Source of the DNA: Bdellovibrionales bacterium
GTDB lineage: Bacteria > Bdellovibrionota > UBA1018 > CAIMNF01
Length of the DNA: 29,284 bases
Reading direction: 5' to 3'
NCBI GenBank assembly: GCA_040380025.1
Contig: JBEIJY010000030.1
Span: forward strand, 1-29,284
A model generated the notes under the pieces. The model made no database searches. It was given only the letters and a program-made list of their open reading frames with translations, and was not told the DNA's origin. The position numbers and the translations under genes are program-made. Of the stretch, positions 7,491-16,687 are shown piece by piece; the stretch's first letter is position 1, and every line of letters starts with the position of its first letter.

Positions 7491-7494
7491 TTTT
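7450..7494 (+). terminator. Rho-independent terminator
   Basis: AAAGAGCCCAGGC-TCGTAT-GCCTGGGCTCTTT followed by TCTGTTTTCTTTT. Confidence 0.85.
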
Positions 7495-7562
7495 CAGCCC
7501 TTTTTTGGGAAAACTGTTCCCCTGACAGTGTCATTTTTTCCACGCCGTTCCGGGGGAACATC

Positions 7563-10500
7563 ATGCGAATCAAGCGTCTCGAAATTCAAGGGTTCAAGTC
7601 GTTCAAAGACAAAACAGTCATCTATTTCGACAACCCCATCACGGGTATTGTTGGCCCGAACGGCTCGGGCAAGTCAAATATCGTCGACGCCTTCTTTTGG
7701 GTGATGGGGGAACAGTCCTACAAGCACATTCGATCGAGCGGGTCGGACGATATTATCTTCAAGGGAAGCTCAAAATATCAGCCGCTCGGAATGGCCGAGG
7801 CGACTCTGGTGCTCGAGCAAAACGAGGTCGATCCGACTTCGGCCCCGCTCGGCGCCTCTGCCGACGAGCAGGCCGCATCCCCGATCAGAAAGCGCGAAAT
7901 CTCCGTAACGCGACGCGTTTACCGTTCGGGTGAGGGGGAGTACTTCATCAATGGCGTGCAGGCGCGGCTCAAGGACATTCACGAGCTCTTTTTGGACACC
8001 GGTGCCGGAGCGAAGGGATACTCGGTCATCGAGCAAGGCCAGATCGACAAGATCGTGAACTCCAAGCCCGAGGACCGCAGGCTTCTGATCGAAGACGCGG
8101 CTGGGATCGCAAAGTACAAGGCACGAAAAAAAGAATCCCTGAAGAAGCTTGAAGGGGCGAATCAGAATCTCGCCCGGATCAACGATGTGTTGACCGAGAT
8201 CGATCGCTCGCTTGCGAGCCTCGAACGCCAGGCCCAGAAGGCCCGGCGATACAAAGAGTATCGGGCGCAACTTCTCGAAAAAGAAACCGCATGGGGCCGT
8301 CGCAAATATCAGGTCCTGAATCGACAGCAAATCAAGATCGCGGGAGAGCGCACCGATCTCGAACAAGTGCTTTCGGGCTTGCGCGCAGAGCTTTCCCGCT
8401 TTGAACTCGAGGTCGAGTCCCGCCGGATCTCGCAGGTGGGGGACTCGAAGGGGCTCGAACAGCTTCAGGCCGAAGTGGAGCGGTATTCCGGTGAATTGAC
8501 CCGCCATCAGAGCGCGCTTGATCTTTCGAAGAATCGGCAGGAAGACATCGATCGCCAGCTCGTCCAACTCAGTGCCGAAAAAGACCAGATCGAAGAAGAA
8601 CTCGGCCGCGGCCGCGAATCGATCGCCACCAAGAACGAAGAATTCGCCGGAATCGATGCCGGTGTCGAAGAACTCCTTGCGCGGGTGTCGAAGCTTTCTG
8701 GAACGGTGACGGCCTTGCGAGCGGCTTATGACGGAACCAACCGCGAAGCCGAACAGAATCGCCGGGCCCTGGTGGAGCTCGCTCAAGGATCTTCGCGCAC
8801 TTACTCCCGGATCGCAGCTCTCGACGAGCGGATTCAGGGCGCCGAGTCCCAGATGGAGCGGGTACTTCAGCAGGAATCCGAGGTGCGGGAGCGCATGGAG
8901 TCGGGACGAATCGAGCTCGAGACGCTTTCTGAGAATCTCTCCGTGCGTACTCTTGCCCGCACCGAGGTGCGCGAATCGCTGGAGTCAAAGCGTGCTGATC
9001 TTGCGCGCGCCGAAGCCGAATCGAAGACGCTCAAGAACGAACGCGATCAGGCGCTGAAGGCGCTGATGTCGCTCGGATCGCGGCTCAAGAGTCTCGAGGA
9101 GCTCGAAAAGGCCCGCGAAGGAATGGCAGATGGTCCGAAGAAAGCCCTCGAGTGGTCGAAGGAATCCGGTGCCCCGTTCGCGGTGTTTTCGGATTTCATC
9201 GAGGTCGAGCCGGGTTACGAAGGCGCGGTCGAAGCGGTCCTCGGGCATGCGTTTGATCGCTTGGTATCGAGCGATTCTTCGCGGGCGATGGGTGCGCTCC
9301 GACATTTGCAACAGAACGACGCAGGAACGGTATCGATTCAAATCGCGTCTCCGGCGAGTGGGTTTTTGGCTGACACATCGAGGGGGACGACAAAAGGGAA
9401 TTCCCTGAAGCAGTTTGTCCGCTTGATCGCGCCCGAAGGTCTTTCGGGCGACGACTGCCGCGGAATTCACAGTCTGATCGACGGGCTCGCCTCTTCGATC
9501 GAGGTCCTCGATGCGGCTCCCGACTCTTCCGAACTGCCCGAGTGGCAGGCATCCGGCAGAGGGTTCGTCACCAAAGACGGAGTTTGGTTTGATCCGTCCG
9601 AAGGAGTCCTCTCGGGAGGGAGTGCGACCGCGAATCAGGCCGGTTCGGTTCTTTCGCGCAAGCGGGTAATCCAGGAACTCCGGGCCGATGTCGCCGCGGC
9701 AGAGACCCGCCACGAGACTCTCGATGCGAAACTCGAGACGCTTCTGGCCGAGATCGAAGCCACTCAGGGCGAATTGAGCACGCTTTCCCGGACCCGAAAC
9801 GAGCTCGAAATCGAAGTCAGTTCGTTGGAGGGCGAGAAGTCGCGTCTTGAGCGGGAGATCGCGGGAGTCGAGCGTACGATCGCGGGCTTCGCCTCCGAGC
9901 GGGAGCGATTCGAGGGGCAAGTCCGTGAGGCGCAAACCGAGATCGAGTCGCTTCGGGATTCGCTTGCGGAGATGGCCGAGCGAAAAGTCGAGATCGAGGC
10001 GTGGATCGCGAATCATGAATCCGCCCTCTCGACCAAGGAATCCGGGCTGCGTACCGCCGAAGCTGAGCTTCAGGAGCTCCGGATCCGGGAGGCATCGGCA
10101 ACCGAGCGCCGGAACTCGCTTCGCAAGGAGATCGAGACCGAGCAGAGATTTTTACAGGGCCGGGAACGGCGGTTCCAAGAGGTCGATGCGCTTCTCGAAA
10201 CTTTCCGCGGAGACCGCTCCCGGTATTCGGACGGAGATCACGAGCACGGAGAAGAGGTGATCCGCCTCACGCGGCTGCTTTCTGAAAAGCGCTCTGAACT
10301 GGCCGAGATCCGGAACCGGTATGAGGCCGCGAATTCCGAGGTCACCTCGGGCATGGAGCGGATCCGCGAGCTCCATCGCGAGGTCGAGGACAAATCAGGC
10401 ACGCTCAACCGGCTCACGATCGATCTCGAGCGGGTGGGGGCGGAGATCCATCACCTGAAGACCAACATGGAAGAGAAGTACGGGTTCGGATGCCTGGTTG

Positions 10501-11225
10501 AGCCGGGGGCGATCGCGCTGCAGGAAGAGATGACCGATCCGGTGGTCACGATCGAGATGTCCGAAGAAGAAGAGAAGCTTCTGCACGCCGAGGTCGAGGA
10601 CCTTCGCGACCGGATCCGGAGACTCGGCGAGGTGAACACCATGGCGGTCGAAGAATACGAGATGATGCGAAAACGCCATGATCATCTTTCGAAAGAAAAG
10701 GCCGATCTCGAAACCTCGATGAACAACCTGAACGAGGCGATCGAACACATCAATAAGACGTCAGTGGAGCGCTTCGAACGGGCCTTCGAGGCGATTGCCA
10801 GTCGCTTCGAAAAGCTGTTTCCGATCATTTTCGGGGGCGGCCAGGCCAAGCTGTCGCTCGCCTACCCGGAGGGATCGCAGGACATTCTCGAGGCCGGAGT
10901 CGAGATTCTCGCGCAACCTCCCGGAAAGAAGATCTCGAACATGACGCTTCTTTCGGGGGGAGAAAAAGCGCTCACGGCCCTCTCGCTGATTTTTGCGATC
11001 TTCATGGTGAAGCCGTCGCCGTTCTGTATCTTGGATGAGGTCGATGCCCCGCTCGATGATTCGAACATCGGAAAATTCAATGCGCTCGTGCGCGAGATGT
11101 CGGCAAAGTCGCAGTTCATTCTGGTGACCCACAACAAAAAGACCATGGAGCTGAATGATGCACTTTATGGCGTCACGATGGAGGAGCCCGGTGTTTCAAG
11201 AATGGTTTCGATCCAGCTTCAGTAA
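7563..11225 (+). CDS. smc: Chromosome segregation protein SMC
   Basis: MRIKRLEIQGFKSF, Walker A GPNGSGKSN, long coiled coils, hinge G..G..GG (DGVWFDPSEGVLSGG), signature LSGGEK, Walker B FCILDEVDAPLD; GGGGGAA SD before ATG 7563. Confidence 0.97.
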   Translation: MRIKRLEIQGFKSFKDKTVIYFDNPITGIVGPNGSGKSNIVDAFFWVMGEQSYKHIRSSGSDDIIFKGSSKYQPLGMAEATLVLEQNEVDPTSAPLGASADEQAASPIRKREISVTRRVYRSGEGEYFINGVQARLKDIHELFLDTGAGAKGYSVIEQGQIDKIVNSKPEDRRLLIEDAAGIAKYKARKKESLKKLEGANQNLARINDVLTEIDRSLASLERQAQKARRYKEYRAQLLEKETAWGRRKYQVLNRQQIKIAGERTDLEQVLSGLRAELSRFELEVESRRISQVGDSKGLEQLQAEVERYSGELTRHQSALDLSKNRQEDIDRQLVQLSAEKDQIEEELGRGRESIATKNEEFAGIDAGVEELLARVSKLSGTVTALRAAYDGTNREAEQNRRALVELAQGSSRTYSRIAALDERIQGAESQMERVLQQESEVRERMESGRIELETLSENLSVRTLARTEVRESLESKRADLARAEAESKTLKNERDQALKALMSLGSRLKSLEELEKAREGMADGPKKALEWSKESGAPFAVFSDFIEVEPGYEGAVEAVLGHAFDRLVSSDSSRAMGALRHLQQNDAGTVSIQIASPASGFLADTSRGTTKGNSLKQFVRLIAPEGLSGDDCRGIHSLIDGLASSIEVLDAAPDSSELPEWQASGRGFVTKDGVWFDPSEGVLSGGSATANQAGSVLSRKRVIQELRADVAAAETRHETLDAKLETLLAEIEATQGELSTLSRTRNELEIEVSSLEGEKSRLEREIAGVERTIAGFASERERFEGQVREAQTEIESLRDSLAEMAERKVEIEAWIANHESALSTKESGLRTAEAELQELRIREASATERRNSLRKEIETEQRFLQGRERRFQEVDALLETFRGDRSRYSDGDHEHGEEVIRLTRLLSEKRSELAEIRNRYEAANSEVTSGMERIRELHREVEDKSGTLNRLTIDLERVGAEIHHLKTNMEEKYGFGCLVEPGAIALQEEMTDPVVTIEMSEEEEKLLHAEVEDLRDRIRRLGEVNTMAVEEYEMMRKRHDHLSKEKADLETSMNNLNEAIEHINKTSVERFERAFEAIASRFEKLFPIIFGGGQAKLSLAYPEGSQDILEAGVEILAQPPGKKISNMTLLSGGEKALTALSLIFAIFMVKPSPFCILDEVDAPLDDSNIGKFNALVREMSAKSQFILVTHNKKTMELNDALYGVTMEEPGVSRMVSIQLQ

Positions 11226-11865
11226 GCGGGGGTCTTTTTTTGCCGGGCTCGCACTCGCGGCGGCGGCAAGCAGTGCCTCCGCCGGAACCTTGCCCGTCCT
11301 CTTGCAAGAGGTACAGGCACGGTATCGAAGCTCGGCCGGTATTCAGGCTCGCTTCACTCAGGTGACCGAGATCAAGGCGACCCGGCAAACCAAGCAGGCC
11401 AAGGGCCGCATCTGGATCAAGCGGCCCGATCGTCTGCGCTGGGAGACCTTGGAGCCCGATCCGAATCTTCTCGTCAGCGACGGAAAACTCTTCTGGTTCT
11501 ATACCCCTCCCTTCGAGGCGGGGGATCGGGGCCAGGTGATCATCCGAAAAAAAGCCCAAGTGCAGACGCGGTTTTTGAACTCCCTGCTCAGCGGCTCGTT
11601 TGACTTCGGGAAAGACGCTGTGCAGGTCGAGACCAAGAGCGACCGGAGCTTTTTATTGAAGCCCAAGGCCGGCTCTGCCGGTGACGTCCTTTCTGCCGAG
11701 ATCGCGATTGATCCCTCAGGCAAGACCATCACCGGAGTGGTATTGACCCACACGAGCGGCAACCTCACGCGGATCTCGCTTGAGGAGATCCGCCTGATGC
11801 CGAAGCTCGAGGAATCCCTGTTTCATTTTGTCGCCGACCGAAACACCGACAAGATCGTCGAGTGA
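11191..11865 (+). CDS. lolA: Outer-membrane lipoprotein carrier protein LolA
   Basis: Signal peptide; ARFTQ, GRIWIKRPDRLRWE and LLVSDGKLFWFYTP motifs; GTG at 11191 with GGAGGAG SD, overlapping the smc 3' end. Confidence 0.88.
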   Translation: MFQEWFRSSFSKRGSFFAGLALAAAASSASAGTLPVLLQEVQARYRSSAGIQARFTQVTEIKATRQTKQAKGRIWIKRPDRLRWETLEPDPNLLVSDGKLFWFYTPPFEAGDRGQVIIRKKAQVQTRFLNSLLSGSFDFGKDAVQVETKSDRSFLLKPKAGSAGDVLSAEIAIDPSGKTITGVVLTHTSGNLTRISLEEIRLMPKLEESLFHFVADRNTDKIVE

Positions 11866-11945
11866 AACCGGGTCCGGACCGGGGGCTCAGATCCTCAGAC
11901 CCGAACCCGGCTTCTTCGGGCTCGGCGTGAGAACAGGGGTTCCGC

Positions 11946-12779
11946 TTACAGGAGCTTCAGCGCCATCTGCGGCGAAGAGTTGGCTTGAGCGAGGACCGAC
12001 ACCCCGGCATGGGTCAGAATCTGCTTCTGCGCCATCGCGGTCGCTTCCTCGGCGATGTCCGCATCCATCACCCGGGACCGGGCGTTCGCGGAGTTTTCTT
12101 TCGCAATCGAGAGGTTGTTCACCGTCGACTGGAGTTTGTTTTGCATGGCTCCGAGGCCTGCGCGGGCTCCGGTGACCTTCGAGATCGCCTCATCGAGGTT
12201 TTCGATGGAGTCCCGTGCCGAGTCGATCGAGGTCGCCGAGATGCCGGAGATTCCCAGCCTGTCAGTGCGAACATCGAATTCGCCCACGGCGAACGAGATG
12301 CGATCCGCTTGATTGTTCCGCGCACCGACTTGGAATTCCAAGGTGTCTTTCGGTGCCATTCCGTTCAAAAGCGGGGTGCCGTTGAAGTTCGTGACATTCG
12401 CGATCCGGTCGACCTCTTGCTTCAAGCTTTGGTATTCTTTGTCGATGAATCCGCGCTCTCTTTCTCCGACGGTGTCGGAGGCCGCTTGGATCGACAGTTC
12501 CCGGAGCCGGACCAGGATGTTTCCGACTTCGGAGAGGCCGCCCTCGGCGACCTGCACAAACGAGATTCCGTCGTTCGCGTTCCGTTCCGCTTGCTTCAGG
12601 GAGCGGATCTGAGCATTGAGGTTTTCGGAGATCGAGAGCCCTGCGGCGTCATCTCCAGCCGAGTTGATCCGGTTGCCGGATGCTAGACGTCCGAAGATCT
12701 TTTGCTCTTCCAGGCTTGTTTTTGACAAGTTCCTCTGAGCCGCCATGGAGGCGATATTGGTTCCGATTCTGAGTCCCAT
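11946..12779 (-). CDS. fliC: Flagellin (short, 277 aa)
   Basis: MGLRIGTNIASMAAQRNL, RLASGNRINSAGDDAAGL, C-terminal DADIAEE...LAQAN..PQMALKLL. Confidence 0.97.
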   Translation of the reverse strand: MGLRIGTNIASMAAQRNLSKTSLEEQKIFGRLASGNRINSAGDDAAGLSISENLNAQIRSLKQAERNANDGISFVQVAEGGLSEVGNILVRLRELSIQAASDTVGERERGFIDKEYQSLKQEVDRIANVTNFNGTPLLNGMAPKDTLEFQVGARNNQADRISFAVGEFDVRTDRLGISGISATSIDSARDSIENLDEAISKVTGARAGLGAMQNKLQSTVNNLSIAKENSANARSRVMDADIAEEATAMAQKQILTHAGVSVLAQANSSPQMALKLL

Positions 12780-13028
12780 ACTACTTTGCCCTTTCGTTTC
12801 TCACGCTGATACCCGATTTCGCGTGCCCGGATCCCCTTCTGGATCCGGATCTTTCATACGCCCTCAATACGAGTGTATGAAATTCAATGCCTCGGTGCAT
12901 CAAAAAAGTTGAGCAAGTAAGTATGATTTATTGAAAAGTCGAATGATTTCAGTCTCTTATGTGTTAATTGATCTTAACAATTGAGCTGGATTGGGATCGA
13001 TCGGGGCTCGGATTTCGCCGTCGCAAAC

Positions 13029-13091
13029 AAGGGAGGGCGGGCGAGTCGATCGCATTTCTGCAAGATCGGCCCACCCGCCGGGGAGTCCCTT
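13029..13091 (-). terminator. Long 3'-UTR hairpin/terminator after the upstream flagellin
   Basis: Minus strand AAGGGA..GGCGGGTGGG-C-CGATC-TT-GCA-GAAA-TGC-GATCG-A-CTCGCCCGCC-C-TCCCTT then GTTT; nested stem with G-U pairs and a GAAA tetraloop. Confidence 0.6.
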
Positions 13092-13116
13092 TCGCTTTCT
13101 TCCGCCGGGGCGGAAA

Positions 13117-13950
13117 TTAAGCGAGGAGTTTCAGCGCGCTCAGCGCGTTCTGGTTTGCTTGACTGAGGACCGCCGTGCCTGCTTGCGAAAGGATGTTGTG
13201 CTTGGTGAGCTCTGAAGACTCAGAGGCGACATCAACATCGTGGATCCGGCTCTTGGCCGCAGACAGGTTTTCCTCGTAGATCGTGAGGTTGCTCACGGAC
13301 GAGGCAAGGCGGTTTTGAAGCGCACCGACTTCAGAGCGGTTTTCAGAGAGCATCCGGATCGCATTGTCGATCTTCGAGAGGTTCTCTTGCGCCGCTTCTT
13401 TCGATTCGGTGTTCACATCGGCAACTCCCAGGGACTGTGAACTTACGTTCAGCTTCTGGGTGTCGTAGGCAAAGCGATCTTTCTCTGCCGAGTTGTTCAG
13501 ACCGACTTGGATCTCGAGCTTGTCGCCTTCGCCCACAAGGAGCTTGCGACCGTTGAACTCGGTGGTCGATGCGATCCGGTCGATCTCGCCACGGAGTGCG
13601 ACCATCTCTTTATTGATGAAGCCGCGCTCTTTGTCGCCGATCGTGTCGGATGCCGCCTGGATCGACAGTTCGCGGAACCGGGTCAGGATGTTCCCGATTT
13701 CGTTCATGCCGCCTTCGGCGACCTGCACCATCGAGATTCCGTCGTTTGCGTTTCGGTTGTCCTGACGCAAGGAGCGGATGTCCGCGGTCATTTTTGCCGA
13801 GATCGCAAGGCCGGCAGAATCGTCTGCCGCTCTCGCGATCCGGGTGCCGGAAGCGATTTTCTCCAGGCTGGATGCTTGTTTTGCGCTCGATGTGCCAAGA
13901 TTCCTCTGGGCAATCAGGGATTGGACGTTCGTATTGATTCGTAAACCCAT
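13117..13950 (-). CDS. fliC: Flagellin (short, 277 aa)
   Basis: MGLRINTNVQSLIAQRNL, IASGTRIARAADDSAGL, C-terminal DVDVASE...LSQANQ; GGAGG SD. Confidence 0.97.
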   Translation of the reverse strand: MGLRINTNVQSLIAQRNLGTSSAKQASSLEKIASGTRIARAADDSAGLAISAKMTADIRSLRQDNRNANDGISMVQVAEGGMNEIGNILTRFRELSIQAASDTIGDKERGFINKEMVALRGEIDRIASTTEFNGRKLLVGEGDKLEIQVGLNNSAEKDRFAYDTQKLNVSSQSLGVADVNTESKEAAQENLSKIDNAIRMLSENRSEVGALQNRLASSVSNLTIYEENLSAAKSRIHDVDVASESSELTKHNILSQAGTAVLSQANQNALSALKLLA

Positions 13951-14024
13951 AAATACCTCCTCTATAGGCCCTCATGTTTGGTTGCTGACAGATTGCTGTA
14001 CCGTCAGAAGAGTTCTTGATGGTT

Positions 14025-14037
14025 TTTGTCCGTCAAA
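14025..14037 (-). promoter_or_regulatory. Putative CsrA-binding site in flagellin leader
   Basis: Minus strand TTTG-ACGGA-CAAA: ANGGA in a hairpin loop, with a second GGA in the SD. Confidence 0.45.
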
Positions 14038-14052
14038 TAACTCTCATTAAGA

Positions 14053-14080
14053 GGATCGGCAAAGTGTTGACGAAACTTTA
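14053..14080 (-). promoter_or_regulatory. Sigma28 (FliA) promoter
   Basis: Minus strand TAAAGTTT-N12-GCCGATCC about 100 nt upstream of the flagellin ATG. Confidence 0.8.
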
Positions 14081-14112
14081 GATTTATTTTGTCGGGAATT
14101 GTTTTTCAGGGA

Positions 14113-14745
14113 TTATTTTTTTAACGACAAGAAGTACCCGAGGCCCCGTTTGACGCTCAGGTGTTGTTGGAGCTCGGGGATTTTGCGTTTTAGGTTCGTC
14201 AAATGGGTGTCGAGGTTATTCTCAGAAATACTCGCATTGGGCCAGACATGGTTCTGGAGCTCAGAACGGGTCAGGCGCTTTTCGGACATCTTCAGTGTTT
14301 CCAAGATCTTATACTCGGTGCTGGTCAGGTCCACCCAGCGGTTTTTCGAAAAAACCGACTTCCGGTTCTGATCGAGTTTCAGCTCTTCGAGTTTGTGGAG
14401 GTACCGCTGAAGATGCGCGCTCAGGGCCCCCGGCGATGCCGGCTTTTCAAGGATCCCGTTGATCCCGAGGTTGATCGCCTGCATGCAGAGTTCCTTGCTC
14501 GCGTGCGCGGTCACCAAAAGGATGGGAAGAGTTTCGTTCTTGGAGCGGATTTTGGGAACCCACGAAAGAGTGTCGTGCCCGGGTACCCGGAGCTCCATGA
14601 CGAGGAGGTCCACAGACTCCCAAGGAGTCAGATGAACCGCCTCTTCAAAGGAGGAGGAAATGAACTCAAACTTAATGGACGAGGGGAGGGCTTGAATCAG
14701 TGGATCGTTCGAGGAAACTTCATGATCAATCCAAACCGTATTCAT
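14113..14745 (-). CDS. Atypical OmpR-family response regulator (pseudo-receiver + winged HTH)
   Basis: Receiver-like DLLVMELRVPG..LPILLVTA..GINGILEKP; wHTH LTSTEYKIL..LTRSEL..NNLDTHLTNLKRKI..RGLGY. Confidence 0.85.
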   Translation of the reverse strand: MNTVWIDHEVSSNDPLIQALPSSIKFEFISSSFEEAVHLTPWESVDLLVMELRVPGHDTLSWVPKIRSKNETLPILLVTAHASKELCMQAINLGINGILEKPASPGALSAHLQRYLHKLEELKLDQNRKSVFSKNRWVDLTSTEYKILETLKMSEKRLTRSELQNHVWPNASISENNLDTHLTNLKRKIPELQQHLSVKRGLGYFLSLKK

Positions 14746-14866
14746 ACCCCTGACTTCAGGCTAGGGACTGGGGGGGGGTAAATCAATAAGTCTTTGAATT
14801 TACCTGTAAAATTGCAACTTGCTTGATGCTAGAAAAAGATTGTTTAAAGATTTGTGAACTAAAAGT

Positions 14867-15340
14867 TCAGAATTCTTTTATTTGACGCAATGCCTCATAC
14901 GTAGCAATGCTGACCGCGTTCGAAAGGTTCAAAGAGCGTACCTTGGCGCTGAACATCGGAATCCGGGCAAGATGGGCCGAGTATCGTTCGAGAATCCAGT
15001 CGGCCAGGCCCGTGGTCTCCTTCCCGAAGATCAGATAGCTCCCGCGCCGGAATTCCACCTCGTAAATGGAGGCGCCAGCGCGGGTCTCGATCAGGGCGAG
15101 GTGGGCATCGACCGGAAGAGTGTCAAAAAACGCATCCGAAGACTCATGGACGATGACCTCAAGATGCTCCCAATAGTCGAGACCGGCCCGTTTCAGTGCT
15201 TTTGCGTCGATGTCAAAGCCCAAGGGCTTGACCAGGTGGAGTCTGGAGCCTGTGGCAAGGCAAAGCCTTCCGATCGAACCCGTGTTCTGGGGGATCTCGG
15301 GTTCGATCAGGACGATGTTCAGCCTGGGATCCGAATTCAT
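14867..15340 (-). CDS. trmL: tRNA (cytidine/uridine-34-2'-O)-methyltransferase
   Basis: PEIPQNTGSIGRLC, KRAGLDYW, FGKETTGL, IPM..VRSLNLSN. Confidence 0.95.
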   Translation of the reverse strand: MNSDPRLNIVLIEPEIPQNTGSIGRLCLATGSRLHLVKPLGFDIDAKALKRAGLDYWEHLEVIVHESSDAFFDTLPVDAHLALIETRAGASIYEVEFRRGSYLIFGKETTGLADWILERYSAHLARIPMFSAKVRSLNLSNAVSIATYEALRQIKEF

Positions 15341-15355
15341 GAGGGTGGACGGTCC

Positions 15356-16681
15356 TTAAGGGCGAATCGTATTGATCATGCGCGGGAAGGGGATCGTCTC
15401 GCGAACATGCTCGACCCCGGTCACCCAAGCCACGGTTCGTTCGACCCCGAGTCCGAACCCTGCGTGGGGAGTGCTCCCGTACCGGCGAAGGTCCAGATAC
15501 CACTGGTAGTCTTTCAGATTCAGACCGTGTTCGGCGATCCGACGTTCCAAGATCGCGGCATTGTCTTCCCGTTGCCCGCCTCCGATGATCTCGCCGTAGC
15601 CAAACGGCGCAATCAGATCGGCACCAAGGGCATATTTGCCATCGTGGTCGACGCCCTCTCCGTCCGGAGAGTCGGCATTCTTGAAGTAAAACGCCTTGAT
15701 CTGGGACGGAAAATGATGAACAAACACAGGCTTTCCGAACTCCTCGCCGAGCGCAGTTTCGTGGGGAGCACCGAAATCCTCGCCCCAAGGGATCGCGTGT
15801 CCGCGTTTTTCGAGAATTTTCAGTGCATCGTCGTAGCTGATGCGCGGGAACGGAGCCACGATCGTTTCGAGTTCCTTTTGGTTCCGCTCCAGAATCACGA
15901 GTTCCTTCTGGCAGTTCTCAAGGCAGTGCTTCACGATGTGGCACACGAAGGCCTCGCCCAGGTCCATGACATCGGCAAGTTTTGCAAAGGCCATCTCGGG
16001 CTCGACCATCCAAAATTCCGTCAGGTGCTTTCGGGTCTTCGACTTCTCGGCCCGGAAGGTGGGGCCGAAGGTGTAAATATTCCCGAAGGCGAACGCACCG
16101 GCCTCGCCGTAGAGTTGGCCTGATTGGGTCAAGAATGCCTTCTCATCAAAGTAGGGAGTCTGGAACAGGGTAGATGTCCCCTCGCACGAGGTCGCACTCA
16201 AAATCGGCGGGTCGAAGCGCACAAACCCGCGCGCGCGAAAGAAGTCCTGGATCGCAAAGAAGATCTCGCTTCGAATGCGAAGCGCGGCCCACTGACGCTG
16301 GCTTCGAATCCAGAGATGGCGATTCTCCATCAGGAATTCCACGCCGTGATCTTTGGGACTGATCGGATAGGGGTCGGCGATCTGGACGGTTTCGACCTTG
16401 AGCACGGTGAGCTCGTAGCCCGACTTCGATCGGGGCTCGGCGCGCACTTTGCCAGTGACCAGAATCGAGCTTTCTTGCGTGAGCTTGTCGAAATTCTCGA
16501 AGGACACCTCGTCGCACTCGCCTTTGACGAGCACTCCCTGGATGATTCCCGATCCGTCACGGATCATGAGGAACTTGATCTTTCCCGAGGATCGTTTGTT
16601 GAAGACCCAGCCCCGCAGGGTGACGGTCTGGCCGTCGTGGGTGCCGATGGTGCCGATGCGGACGGAAGTTTCGTGTGTCAT
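15356..16681 (-). CDS. asnS: Asparagine--tRNA ligase
   Basis: OB-fold N-terminus, RHLWIRS, LTQSGQLY, GPTFRAEKSKTRKHLTEFWMVEPE, GEIIGGGQRE, GFGLGVER. Confidence 0.96.
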   Translation of the reverse strand: MTHETSVRIGTIGTHDGQTVTLRGWVFNKRSSGKIKFLMIRDGSGIIQGVLVKGECDEVSFENFDKLTQESSILVTGKVRAEPRSKSGYELTVLKVETVQIADPYPISPKDHGVEFLMENRHLWIRSQRQWAALRIRSEIFFAIQDFFRARGFVRFDPPILSATSCEGTSTLFQTPYFDEKAFLTQSGQLYGEAGAFAFGNIYTFGPTFRAEKSKTRKHLTEFWMVEPEMAFAKLADVMDLGEAFVCHIVKHCLENCQKELVILERNQKELETIVAPFPRISYDDALKILEKRGHAIPWGEDFGAPHETALGEEFGKPVFVHHFPSQIKAFYFKNADSPDGEGVDHDGKYALGADLIAPFGYGEIIGGGQREDNAAILERRIAEHGLNLKDYQWYLDLRRYGSTPHAGFGLGVERTVAWVTGVEHVRETIPFPRMINTIRP

Positions 16682-16687
16682 AGGGAA

